Positions 24,462 through 37,206 of a DNA stretch of 64,000 bases are shown one piece after another. Under the pieces are notes generated by a model. It was not told the origin of the DNA, did not search any database, and was given only the letters and a program-made list of their open reading frames with translations. The DNA comes from Moniliella sp. 'wahieum' (Eukaryota): positions 434,001 through 498,000 of the forward strand of contig RSEE01000021.1 of assembly GCA_003971905.1 (NCBI GenBank). Direction: 5' to 3'. How positions within the stretch are numbered: position 1 is the first letter of the stretch; the number at the start of each line of letters is the position of its first letter. The position numbers and the translations under genes were made by a program.

Positions 24462-25289
24462 TGTCTTAGTCAGGGCGGATCAAAACACGTCAAATTAGCA
24501 ATGCACTTGTTTTCTAAACAGCACCGAAGTTCCCCATGTCCTGAAATGGCCCAAACCCCAAACTATAACCACGAGCTTTCAGCGCCCAAGCGGATAAGAG
24601 AGGGTACAATGTTGTGGTCGAGGGGAGCACCAAGATAAGGGTGTGCGAAGTGCGCAGCAATAGTGTGATGTACTCAGTGGGGGGCTGCGTGTCCTCTGTG
24701 ATATAAGTTTTCGCGATCGAGAGGGTCTCTCTTTGGGGGCGGTCGCAGCAATATTGTACTACTGCGCACACAGGGTGTGATGGAAACTGTCCCACCACTC
24801 GTTCGCTTTTACATCCTTCCAACCTTCCAGCAAGCCTTCAGCCTCGCCTCCCTCTAACACTTCATTATTAACCTTCTCTTTGATCCACACCTCAGTTGTG
24901 GAAATCTCACTATTAGACCAAAGGCCCGTGGGGGGGGGACGGGGGTGGTACGATTGTACGTATGGCCGCGCAGAGTTTGGGATCGTGGCGCAGTGGGCAC
25001 GAGTAATATAGACTCCCCAGCCAGACACTTGCGCCCGCCTTATACAGTAGGGACAACAACAGCCTTGACGGTAAAACGTTTATAAGGCCCGCCTGACTGA
25101 TCGCATATGCTTCCTGACAATATGTTGGTTTGCGCCCTTCGCTACTGATTTTACAACTAACAGTGCAACCACCCGCATGCCCATCCTGAGGGCCGTTTTG
25201 TTCCCCGGACGAGAGCACATCCCGATCTTTTAACATCGGCTGACCCCGTTTTGACCTCTTTTCCAACGCCTCCCACCTTTTATTCACAC

Positions 25290-26625
25290 TACTGTATTAT
25301 GGTGCCTACATGCAAGAAGGTCTTCCACCTCGGTTGCCGATTTGATTGGATCATCTTCCAATGTACTTTGTACATACAACCAAGAGCTCTGGAAACACCA
25401 ACAACCTTTTCAGCTATCTATCGCGCCCCAGCCCCACTTGCAAGAAGCCGTACTAAATGTGAGCGATATGGAAGAGCTCCACCCACAAAAGGTTGATGTA
25501 TTCGGTGAAGATGGCGTTCCGAGCATTAGCCATCAGGGGCGAATTGGGTTCCAGAGTCAGGGCAGGGCTCATACCAGCACTTGAATGCTGTTGACCCATC
25601 CTTACCAGCATGGCTGAAGTGCTTGCTCCAAGCAGACTCATCTTCAATGGGCGTGCCCTTCCATCCCGTATTCCCTCAGGGGAGTATCTTTCCAGACAGC
25701 AAGTCTGATTTGGATGCCCTCCCGCTCGTTTCTACTCCTGATGGCACACAAGGGTGTGACCCGATGGTGTATCCACACTCCACTACCATGATCCTTGGAC
25801 AGAACAGGATATGCTCTTCCTCATTTGCCAAGACCGAGCATCAGGCGCCCATACTCTCTCAAAGGAGGCGACACGGAAAGCGAACAAAGTCCACTTGGAA
25901 CACTTTAAAAAACGTCCAAGAGATGATGGCAAACCCGTATGTGCTATACTACCCTCGCCCAGGTAAAAAGGGTGTGACAGCAAGAAATCATGCCCATCCC
26001 CTCCTGACCTCATCAACGCCGATGGATTGATGACCTACATCCCCCAGAGGAACAAGCGATTTCGCAACAGAGGCTCTTGGTGCGTTCCACTTTTTCCTGT
26101 TGATATGAGTCCTATACTAACTCTTCCCCCATCACACAAAGTTGCACCTGCGCGAACCGCTGTATCGCTGGCTCGGCGTCAAGCGAGTTTCGTCAGTTGC
26201 GCTCCGAGGAGCCCAAAGGGTGGGTGAAACGGCGTGCCTACGCCGCCGACGACAGTTCGATGGGAAAGGGAGGTCTTCAATCTTGACTACGAGACTCGTA
26301 ATACTACAAGGCCAATGCTGCCTTGATGGACAAAATGGTCGATTGGGGGATGAAGCTGGTGGCGCGGCAGTCGGAGGTCTATGGCGTTGTCCACGGCATC
26401 CTGAGACGTGAACATGTGGAGGACGTATGCAAGGATCTGCTGGACTCTGCCCGGTCGGGCTTTCGCCTGGCGGTACGCTTGCGAGCGCAAGCAGCCGCAA
26501 CGCCTCTTCTGACCGCACCTGGCCTATCCCAATGGCAACCAGATGGCAGTGAGAGGGAAACGGTACTGCGTACCATACCTCAGGACTTGATTAAGATGGC
26601 GATATGCATGAGTGCCCGAAGCTGA
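25290..26625 (+). CDS. Hypothetical or degenerate gene; no family recognised
   Basis: Chain of protein-like ORF fragments (25342-25584, 25581-26030, 26323-26625) and an intron-like segment 26080-26141 (GTGCGT...CTAAC...AAG). Confidence 0.35.
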
Positions 26626-27830
26626 GGTTAATGATTAAGCATGGTGGGAAGACCGAGCTCATGCGCTCATGTAACTAGTAACTGCGGGCGTACCGACGGA
26701 TAATATTGATGCGTGACGGGGAACGAGGTAGCTTTGCGTTCTTCGTGTGGGCGTTTCTATCATTCTGAAAAGCGGCTCCGCCTCTGCATTCCAATTGGTT
26801 GGGCGGGTATTGGCGGCGACGGCCACCGCTGGCCACCACAGGTCACCGGTCACCCCGGTCACCGCCCCAGTCGGCGCTGACGTGTGACATGTGACGATGA
26901 GCGCTTTCTGAACGTGTGGAAATGAGAGACAGCCCCTCGCGCCTAGCTATATCATGTCCTCACGGAGATGACAGTTTTGATGGATGATTGATGCATGATG
27001 ATCGGTAACAGGTAACGCGTAGCGCGTAACGCCTGACGCGTGACGCTGAGGATGACGCGTGACGATGAAGACTAGATGGCGCTCAGTATGTGCTCAGTCT
27101 CTAATTAGCGCTTAGCCCGTCAGTGTCCGGACCGGGCCAGGTTATATCCGGCGCAACGTGGCATCGGCCCAGTGTACTGTTTACCGCCCGGGCCGGAAAA
27201 AGAGACCATGCATCATGCATCATGCATTACTCATCCCATCAGGCTGGCCAGGCCCCAGGGCCTCAGGCTCTCAGGATCTCAGGCCTCAGGTGAGGTGCCT
27301 ACCCGCACCAGCGAAGTCTGGTCACACTAATCACCCAGTCACCAGCAAAGCTACTGGCTGCCAGTCACTAGTCACTGATGGATCGCTGATGATGTCATCG
27401 ATTACCAAGGCACTGCCTCACAGAACATCGTTGCCGTCATGACTCCGCCATCTCGATCACCGATGAGAGGCTAGAGGCTGGGCGCCCCGGTGCTCAGCCC
27501 AGATCATCGGTCGCAGGGCATCATCGATCGCCATGCGCCAGCAGGCACCCCGCGCGTCCGCAGCCTTTGGGCAACTCTCCCACGGCAATGACCGGTGACC
27601 GGTGACCGGTGACCACCTGCGCCAACCCTGCGCCCCCGCCGCCCCCGCAAACAGGCTCATCGATCTCATCGGTGAACGTGAGTAGTGCCAACGCAGGCAT
27701 AAGCGCTAGCCTAACAAAACAATCCACCTTGCTCCCTTGCCTCCCCCTCACCACCGTTGCTGCCGCCACCACCGCCCCAGAACTCCCCTCCCCTCCATCT
27801 GCTCTGTTTCCCAACCAACCCGACGTAAGC

Positions 27831-29640
27831 ATGCTTGTTTGCCTTGCTCGGCGCGTTTGTGCGCCACGACCCACTCCCCGGCACACCTGTGCCTTTTCGA
27901 CAATTGCCGACATCCGCCTCCCCAGCGACCTCCCCCTCCCTAGAGGGTGGCAACGGGGCGATACCAAGCCTCCGATTCCCATCCCAGCGAGGAATTGTTG
28001 GGTGTTCCGGAAAAGGCGCAACACCCAACTATGGACGACGAAACCGAATCCGCCACCTCTTGGCAGCACGGAGGCGAATCATGCCCCTGGGCTGCGTGCC
28101 ATGCGGGAGCAAGTCGAGAAGCAACAAGGCGCCAACTATGTCCATGAAGTGTGTATCCCTTTTCTCTTCCACTGAACAAAATGCTGACTCCCCTTCAGTA
28201 CTCTCCATCGACACGGACGAAGCGTCCCTTGCCTCAACATACATACTTCTCGTCTCCCATGGGAGTAGTCTAGCTGCTGGGTTGGGGGGTTCCACCGCCA
28301 GCGAACTCAAGAGGAAGAGGACGGCCTTGATTTTTGCAGGGCAAGGGGCACAGTACATTGGGATGGCACAAAAGCTCTACCAGACCTTTGGAGCAGCGCA
28401 AAAAGTTTGGCTTGACGCAGAAGAGGCCCTATCACGCCCGTTTAATCCCTCATCGCGTCCCAATGGCTTACCGGAGTTTGCCTCCCCAACGCAACGAGCC
28501 GCATTCGAGGCTGCACTGGCCACTACCTCATACGCCGACCCCGCTCGTGAAGGGAAAGGGCAGCATGGTTGGCTCCGCGATACGGTTTTTCATGGTGATC
28601 AACTTAACCTGACTCGTGCCGAAAATGCATGGCCGCCGTTTTTACGGCAACCATCACTTTCCTCGAGGTGCTTAAAAAGGAATTTGCTGTTGATCTGGTC
28701 GCGGATCATGTGGATGCGGTGGCCGGACACGGGCTGGGTAACCTGGCCTCACTTGTCACTGCAGGCTCGCTGGAGTTTACGGACGGGGTACGGTTGATGG
28801 CCACTTCGGCTTGGCCTCGACGATGCACTTGCGAACCCACCCTACCTTCTCTCCGCCAGACAATCACCACCCCTAAGTGCCTATGATTCCTGGGGTTTCC
28901 TGGGCGAAGGGGGTGCCCGTCCGTTGATGTGCGCAGTGATGCTTCAACCCGGAAGACTGCATGCGGCCCTGATGGAGGTGGAAATGGCGGCGACTGACTT
29001 GGCTGCTGGCTCGGTGGAGGGGATTGCGAAGGGCGGGTACGCCGAAGTGGCCAACGTCAATTCGTCTATGCAACTAGTTTTGGGGGGCACCAGGGAGGCG
29101 GTACTTTACGTGGCGGACCGACTTCGCATCAAGGGGTACGGAGCGAAAGCCGTCAACCTGCCTGTGTCCGGACCGTGGTTCACGAGCAAGATGCAGGGCG
29201 CTGCCGACTTTACTCGGCCGGCAGTGGCGAACCTGCCGCTTGCCTCTCCTCAAGGCTTTAATGTTGTCAGCCCCTACACTGGCGACTGGCTTCCCACAAG
29301 CGACCTCGTGCGGCAGGACTTGCATAATGCCTTGGCCAAGCCGGTGCGGTGGATGGGGGCGATCGAGTCCCTCCTGGCGAGTGGGGTGGAGCGGTTCATC
29401 TGTTTGGGACCAGGACGGGCTTGTGCCCACTTGCTCAGCAAGGAACTGGCCTATCGTGACCAGATCGCGCGTCACCTTACTCGCCGTGGACTGGGGCAAC
29501 CACCTCAGGCCGAGTATGAGGTCTGGTCAGTCGCTTCGACCGAAGATATTGTCCAGCTGGGTGGCCAGCTCCAGCACCTGTCATTTGCTCACCGGTCGGA
29601 ACCCTCGCGCCAGCTACCGCTGCCAGGCTGTGTTGTAGCT
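27831..29640 (+). CDS. Mitochondrial malonyl-CoA:ACP transacylase (FabD/Mct1)-like protein lacking the catalytic Ser and His (probable pseudo-enzyme); 3' end approximate
   Basis: Presequence-like MLVCLARRVCAPRPTPR, then TALIFAGQGAQYIGM, LNLTRAENA, VAGHGLGNL (cf. GHSLGEY), VANVNSSMQLVLGG, LPVSGPWFTSKM (cf. LPVSAPFHSPLM), KPVRW and FICLGPG. Intron 28149-28198. Confidence 0.88.
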
Positions 29641-30182
29641 AGCTTGCTTGTTCTTTATGCACTCTGGCCTGTCCGCCTCCCAAGGGGCGCTCCTTGGCTA
29701 CCATTTGTAAGACTACTTCCACATGACGTTCGCATTCTTCACCCTCTCGTACTTACCTGTACACCCCAACCAGGCCGGCGGGTTGCTTCAGAGCGATAGA
29801 TGTAGGCGTTGTGCGACAACCTCGGCAGCGTAAAGGCTAGCGAAGGCTTGAGGCGTAGATGGCCCTGAGGGCCTCAGTCTGAGTGAGGTCAGGGCTCTCG
29901 AGTGAGGAGGGCAGCGTAAGCGTGACCATTCAGGCTGATGGGCAGGCAGCGGAAGAAGAGCGGAATTGGACGTTGAGAGGTACTAGGCAGGGGCGATCGC
30001 AGGGTCGGCGCTGGCTGGCGGTCGGCCCAGAGCAGCCGATTGGCGGGGAAGATTGCAATCGACGAAAATTAATCCCACCTCATGGCCTCATCTGGGCTCC
30101 AAGCATGCTTGCCCCAATCGCCTGCGGGTGGACACCAACCACAGGGGGCTCGCCAGCTTTTGCTTTACCTGCCTCTAGTTCC

Positions 30183-30880
30183 ATGGCACCAGTGGCGACA
30201 AAAGACGGTGCAAGGACGTCCGCCTGGCAGCCTTCTTCGCCCCCTATACAAACAGCGGAACAAAGAGCTCTTCGCCCCCGCTGCAACCGTCTGACGAAGG
30301 AAGTGCCGAGCCCGGGCCGAGCCCTCGCCTGGTCCAGAAGCCCATTTCGCTCCCGAGCCGGAACAAGTGGAAGAGGAAGAGCTGATGGAAGGATCATCCC
30401 ATCCCTCTATCTCCGACTTCTCCTCCTGATCTACCATCTACTGCCTTTCCAATTCAAACCTCAGCCTTATCACTTTCGTATGCGACCCGTCGGTCTAGGC
30501 AACGACTCTCTGCCCGTTCTCGGCAACGGCCGTATCCAAGAACCTCCCTCTCTCCACAAAGAGCGGAACCGGAGGCACCACGCATGGCTTTACCTCCAGA
30601 TGGCCTGTTCTCAGCGATCGATCCGCCGTCCACACCCTAACTCAGATTCGTATTTCTCTGCACGCATGTTCTGCGCCAAGCATCCGAAATCCTGGACCAG
30701 TCCGAGAGGTTCTTGACTGAGGGTGACAATTTTGCAGCGCTCCGTCCCTACTTTCATGGAGTCGAAACCTTGTCCGCACATACAATCTCGAACGCTCCAG
30801 ACGCTAAGTATTCACATCTGGCCCCAGGTTCTTTCAATCGACCGAGACCGATCGGCTTGGCCACTCTTCTAGTCTAGACT
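30183..30880 (+). CDS. Hypothetical protein (frameshifted)
   Basis: Protein-like segments in shifting frames, e.g. PEAHFAPEPEQVEEEELME and FVFLCTHVLRQASEILDQSERFLTEGDNFAALRPYFHGVETL; no family recognised. Confidence 0.3.
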
Positions 30881-31003
30881 CTGTATGTACACACCACCAC
30901 CATGTCATGTAGCGACTGGACACATAGCGCAGCAGATAGCGATCCCTTTGAGGGTGGCGTATAAAGACCAAAGGCATACATGCAGGCTTTGTTCAAGCCA
31001 AGA

Positions 31004-32744
31004 TCAAGCTTCCGCCATTTCCACGTCCCCGTCGTCCACAGTCCCGTTGGGGGCTCCAGGATTTGGGCTTGGGCTCTCTTTGTCCCCGGTCGTACCGTTG
31101 GCCTGAGGGGTAGATGCGACCGTGGGTCGGTGGCTTGCGCTGGTATCGAGGGCACCTGGCTTGCAGGTACACCATTCAAGGGGGAGTGCTGCGGTGGCTC
31201 CGAGTCCGCAACAGGGTCAGTGCGATTGCGTCGGCCCGGATCCCCACGGAGATCGTCTTCATCGTCCGATTCGTCGAGAGACGGGTGCCCTCGTTTCCGT
31301 CCCGCATGAGTGGGCGTCGTGCTACTCTGCGGCCCATGAGCTGCAGCCCGGTCCTCAGCCATCTCACGATCAATTTGGTCCCGCTCATCCAGACTGATCT
31401 CTTCGCCTTCATCATTAAGTTGAAACCGTTCGGGAGGATGGTGCATTTGAACACTAGGCACGGGCGCAGCTCGCTCAAGTGGCGAAAGACAATTTCCTTC
31501 GTCCGTTGCAACGAGGCCGGCGTATTCCGATTGGGCATGTTGTTCGCCAATACGTTGAGCTGATAGTCCGGACGAAGTACTCGTAATATTCGCTCACCGG
31601 GATTTGGGGCGACATCTCTTGCCCGGCTGCGATCCCCGTCTCATATGCCCAGGTACGGGAGACATTTCGGATGGTGTATCCCCCCGCCTCCAACCATGAG
31701 GGTGGGTAGGCAATGACTTGACAAACTTGACGCAGTTTGCGTGTCCGTGCATCGAGAGGTTGAACGGCCCGATTCGATCTCCGGCCAACGAGTCGGAACC
31801 GCATTGCAGAACCACCGCCCCGGGAGCATACGTCTCCATAATCCGGGTAATGGTCGGCTCAAACACCGATTGGTAGTTGGCGTCCGTAATGCCGTCCCGG
31901 AGGGGAAAGTTGACAGCGAGTATTTTCCCTTGCCTATGCCCACATCCGAAATGTCACCCGTACCTGGGAAGAACTCCCCGTATTTGTGGAAAGAACACGT
32001 CATCACCCGATCGGTAGTGAGAAATGCTTCCTCCACCCCGTCGCCATGGTGCACATCAATCATGTACAGCACGCGTTGGTGGTACCGAAGCAGCTCGAGG
32101 ATTCCGAGCACATGTCGTTCACGTAACAGAACCCACTCGCTTCGCACTTCTTTGCATGGTGGAGTCCGCCGGCCCAGTTGACGGCAATGTCGCACTTGTC
32201 TCGCGACAGCCGAGCGGCGCCCTCCATCGACCCCCGGCCGAGATGGAGCAATAGTCAAATAGGCCGTCGAAAAGGGGGCAGTCATCGCCAATGTTGTACT
32301 TGTTGACCTCCTTCCCGTAGTTGCTCACCAGGCTAGGCGTGACACGGTATAGAAATTCAACATACTCATCAGTGTGAAATTGGGACATTTCGCGCTTCGT
32401 CGCGGGTTTAGCTCGCTAGCGGAACCGTCTTAGTATCCCAGATTACGCACGCGTGGGGGAAGGAAAACATACGAAGATTTCCATATGTTTGTACAGCCCA
32501 TAGTTCATCACAAGCGAATGGGCCATGCGGATGCGCGTGGGCTTCATGGGGTGACCCGTGCCGTAGTGAAAGTTGCCAATGTCCGTGTCGAAAAGTAGCA
32601 GACACGTGGATCGCGCGCCCTCTTCGTCGCACCGCTGGCGGGGAGTGGTTGGAGCAGCCCCGAAGACATATACGTCGGCGGCTCAAATATGGTCGACGTG
32701 TGTGCTGTCGGCTGCGGGTTGGGTGGCAGAAGTGTGTCGGACAT
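31004..32744 (-). CDS. RPD3: Class I histone deacetylase Rpd3
   Basis: [132 protein letters not shown]. Intron 32472-32416; acidic tail ends ...DGDVEMAEA*. Confidence 0.97.
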
Positions 32745-33046
32745 GGTCGGGACGCGTGTGCAAAAGCACGGACCGATGGGGCGGGCCGACGGTTAGTGGT
32801 TGGTGGCCGTGGCTTGGTCTGTATTAGTCCTGGATTGGCTTGTAGGTGTCGAGGGGGCGGAACTACAGGGACTATTTCGATTGTTCGATTGTCTATTGAT
32901 TGATTAGCGCCTTGCATTTAACCAACTAACGGGGCGGAATGCGGAATTGCGTTCGCTGCGCCTACCTGTCGAACTCGGTGTCGATATCGGCCACCCTCTC
33001 CCAACCCCTCGTCCTCCAACCAGCGACGGTGGGGCCCAGGAGCACC

Positions 33047-33466
33047 ATGTCGCACGCCCCCTCCGGCGCTGCCGATCGTACCCTCCTCGCTCTTATTACG
33101 GATGAGGACAGCACCACTGGCCTCCTCCTTGCGGGCGTAGGAAACATTGACGATGACGGCAGCAAGAACTTCTTCATTGTCGAGCCCCGCACCGCGACGG
33201 CCGATATCGAAGCTGCCTTCCACGAGTATACCGAGGAGAGAACGACATTGCGATTGTGTTGATCAATCAGCACATTGCTGAACGTATCCGTCCTCTGGTC
33301 GACAAGTACACCCAGGCCTTCCCTGCTCTCCTGGATTCCGTCCAAGGACCATCCCTACGACCCCTCTAAGGATTCCGTCCTACGCCGCGTGCAAAAGGTG
33401 TGTATCTCCCTCGCAATTCTGGATCTGTCATCTAACGTATTACTCTTGCAGCTGTTTGGCGAGTAA
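33047..33466 (+). CDS. VMA7: V-type ATPase subunit F
   Basis: [78 protein letters not shown]. Intron 33398-33451. Confidence 0.97.
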
Positions 33467-33631
33467 CACATCTGTTTTTGGTGTCTTTCTACTTCTTCGC
33501 TCATTTGGTTAGCTTGGGCCTGTCCGGCGTACCAATGTATCCACCTCTCTAGACCAAATGAGAGTAATGATTCGTATCGGGTTTTGACTACCATCAAACC
33601 AGAGTAGCAGGGAGATGGTCGAAGGCAGAGT

Positions 33632-34374
33632 TTATACGCGGAAGCGCTTGGTGTCGTTGCGGTTGAAGAGGAAGCGGACCACCCCTACCTGGGCCAACGA
33701 CATGCTGATAATAACGACCGACTCGAGAAGTGAATACCAGAAGATACGGGACCTACACGAGTCAGTTGCTGGGCAAGAAGAAGAAATGTGAGAACATACT
33801 GGGTGTTCTTGACTGTATCGAAATTCCTCTTTTCCCTCGTCCGGAAGAAGCGTTGGGTCCTCTCAATTGCGGTCATTTCGCCCCAGAGTGAAGACAGGCT
33901 CTCTTCCAAAGGAGCCGTGTGGTCCGAAACGACGTGCCCCTCCGAAATGGGCAGCTCAAGACGAGGTTCAGACTCGACCGTAATGTCAAGTCGATCTGCA
34001 GGCACGTCAGGGTTCGCTCCATAAGTAGAGAAGAAAGGAATACGTACCATCTTGTCATCAGGGCCATTGTAGAAGCAAAAGACGTATTCGCCCACCGTGT
34101 TGCCCGTAAAGATCACGTCCAGCTGGCGTGCCGACGGCTCCTCAAGAATGGACTCGTCGTTGGGGTCGTGGATTGAATAGGCCACCCGGAAATCCCCTCC
34201 AGATTGGACAGCATAGTAAAAGCCCACCTTCTCCCCCACCTGGTCGACCCAGGCGTAGTAACATGACTTCTCGTGTGAGTCAATTTTGGTGGTTAATGCA
34301 GCTCCCCTAGCGGGTGAGGAAAGCAGGACAACCAGGAGGCTGAAGAAGCCCAGAACAGAGAGGAGCAGGCGCAT
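33632..34374 (-). CDS. p24/emp24/gp25L GOLD-domain cargo receptor (Erp-like)
   Basis: Signal peptide MRLLLSVLGFFSLLVVLLSSPARG, EKSCYYAWVDQVGEKVGFYYAVQSGGDF, GEYVFCFYN, FFRTREKRNFDTVKNT, a C-terminal TM and ...RFLFNRNDTKRFRV*; two short introns. Confidence 0.95.
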
Positions 34375-37206
34375 CCTGGGATGGGGGTTGGTGGGCGAGG
34401 GTAGTCTAACAGGAAGCCCCACACGACATTCCGCTGCGCTGTGGCGCAGCGGATCAGTGTCCACGTAATTACGCGCATTACCAAACCAGCGTTCGCGGCT
34501 GCAACTATTTTACTAGCGCAAATCCAAATCTGCCAAGTAGCTAGAGTAACTGTCGATGAGGCCTGATCTGGGATCTGACCGTGCTCTCGTGCGCAGCGCA
34601 TCCTCTGAAACGGCCCCGCGTAAAGAGCAAGCGTTGGTACCATCATCAGTCGTCGAGTCGATGGAATAAGACGAAGGCGAGGGCAGGAGCTGAGGCTCTG
34701 CGCTCATTCTGAGCCCTTAGCCATACGCTGCCAGTCTCCACGACTCGATGGCCCACTATGGCTTGCGTCTGGTTACGTCAGATGTTTCTTTGTCTGCGAT
34801 GCTAGAGCGCTTTTAACCCTACTACTACCACTCGCCGACTCGCTAGCCGTATTATAGTAGTAACGCCCACCTCGGTTCCCTCCGCCCACGATGGTGAGCG
34901 CCGGGTACCCAGGACCCACACTTGATGTAAGGCGCCCACTGACTGCTGAACCAGTTGCTGACAACGGGGGAGGATTCTGTGCCGGTTACGTCAAGCCATC
35001 ATGGTGCAAGTTCCGTGTCCCAATTGGCGTACTCTCGGTCCTTCTTTCATTGTCCATCCCCCCCACCATCGTCTGCGATGGATGAGTGCCGGATGGTAGA
35101 GAAAGTCTAGAGCGCAAGCGACAGTAGTACCTAAGCCCAATGTGGATGTTACGGTGGGGCGCTCGGTATCTCCGGACGCTGAGCCGCGCATGTCGTAGAC
35201 ATCTCATCCAAACACGCGTCAGTCCTGTTAGGCTATATAGCGAGAGAGAGTCAGTCGACATCTTGTCCATGCTGCGGATATCATCCCCAGCCCACCAAGG
35301 TCGCGTGGGTTCATTGGTACGATGTTTTGCGCCCATTGCGCCCTGTATTGGCAGAACCTGTTGAGCCATCGGGTGGCTCGTGCTTTGGCCAATGCCTCTT
35401 CCGTTGTTTTCTCTCTCTTGTTTTCCTTGTTCTGTGCAGCTTAGCCCCTGGTGGCGACTCGCTGCTTGTTGTTCCTCTGTAGACGTTACTGGCTGGCTTA
35501 GACCACCACCACCATCAGTGCGATTGCATCCCTCGAGGACCATCAGGCCTCAGGCCTCAGGACTCCAAGCCTCATCAGAACCCTTCCCGCTGCGCCCGAC
35601 TACGCAGCGTCAGCGCCTTTGAGAGCATGGAGTGCATCAGTCTTTTTTCACCTCTCTGGAAAGTGCTCCGCATCTGTTTATACATGTCATGAGGTGCATG
35701 AGGCACTTGAGGCCTGGTTCTTCTGTATATACGCAGCCATGCCCATCAGGGCTTGCTAACTGTAGTCCTTGTCGATCGGACCATCCTGTCTCTGTCTTTG
35801 GTCTCCCCTACTTCCCGTTTCTATCTCTCACCTTTCCACCTTCTACCGCCCTTACGAATTTACGACTTCATCGAGTACCCTGCAAGTCGCGGTTATACTA
35901 TCAGTATAGCGCTTGCTCTTCATAAGAACACCGTCTGTTTCCACCTATACCACAACGCGCCGAGTTTGGCAACGCTGCGGGGAACAGAGTAACTTCGGAG
36001 CTCCTGGAACGCGGTTGAACTGGTCTAACGACTCGTACACGGGTCCTATTTCGGAGGGTCTGAGCTGCGGCCTTTGCACGCAGGCAGTCACCCCAACTAG
36101 AGGGTCTCTCCCTCACCTCTACACCCGCTCGGTTCAACGTTCAACGTTCAATCAGGATCTGAAGCAGGACCTAACGTACGAGACTCCGATTGGCCTGTCC
36201 AAGAGTTTATATTCCTAAAAAACTACTGGGGTGGGGGTCTCACCTCGGGACTCCGCCCCATGACAGTGGCGAAGAGGCAGATTGTCAAGAGGCTCTCAGA
36301 GTAAAGCGAATGATGAATGATGTTAATGATGCAACACTTCCAGCACCTCCTGAAACGGTATCCGAGGGAATAACGGACCCACTTTGCGAGGTTCAACGTT
36401 CATCAGCTTCACGACCTACTATACTATGTGGCAATAGAGATACTATCGAAAGTATTAGGGCTAATATATAGGGGTCTGTACACACGTGTGTCGTTGCCTT
36501 CTCGCCGCGATTCTTTTAAATTTTTATCGTAACGTTCGAGTCTTCGCTCTCGTCCGGGCGCTATTGTTGGGGCGCTGGGCGTTATATAGTAGGTCGCAGC
36601 TAATATGAATAGCCGTTGGTACACTGCTTGCATGCACTGCTTCCACCGGAGGAGCGATCCATGCTCAAGCTCTCAAGAGCGAAGAACACAGCCTACAAGA
36701 GAATCGCTGCCTCCTATATCATCTCATCTACATCTCATCTGATGTATAGTCTTCTATATATAGTGTTTCGTGGGCCACTCTGGCAGTGGCCACCAGTCTT
36801 TCTCACAGTCCTCTTCGCGTTTTTCCAATAAAGCCTCCTCATCGATCATCGCAGATGAGGCGATGAGGATCTGCTGCCACTCGTTGATTAATGATTCTTG
36901 TCCAGGGTATCTGTGCGGGGCTAGAAGTCAAACCCACAGCACCAGTAGGCTAGTCACCGTAAGTCGGGATTCTAACACCACCACGGCATAGCACAAAATA
37001 GACATGTAACATGTTAGGCAAAACGCTTAGTATACACTGTTGGCAAAAAAAGCTTGTTGCATCCTCGGAAGGGCCGAGAGCTTATAACCCTGTTGTCTCT
37101 CTTATTATATGTAGTTGCCAAAGCGTCGGCCATCATCGATCATCTCTCTCTCTTCTTTCTTCAGAATCCTACACCCCTTGCTATCGCGCCACCGCCACCT
37201 CCACCT

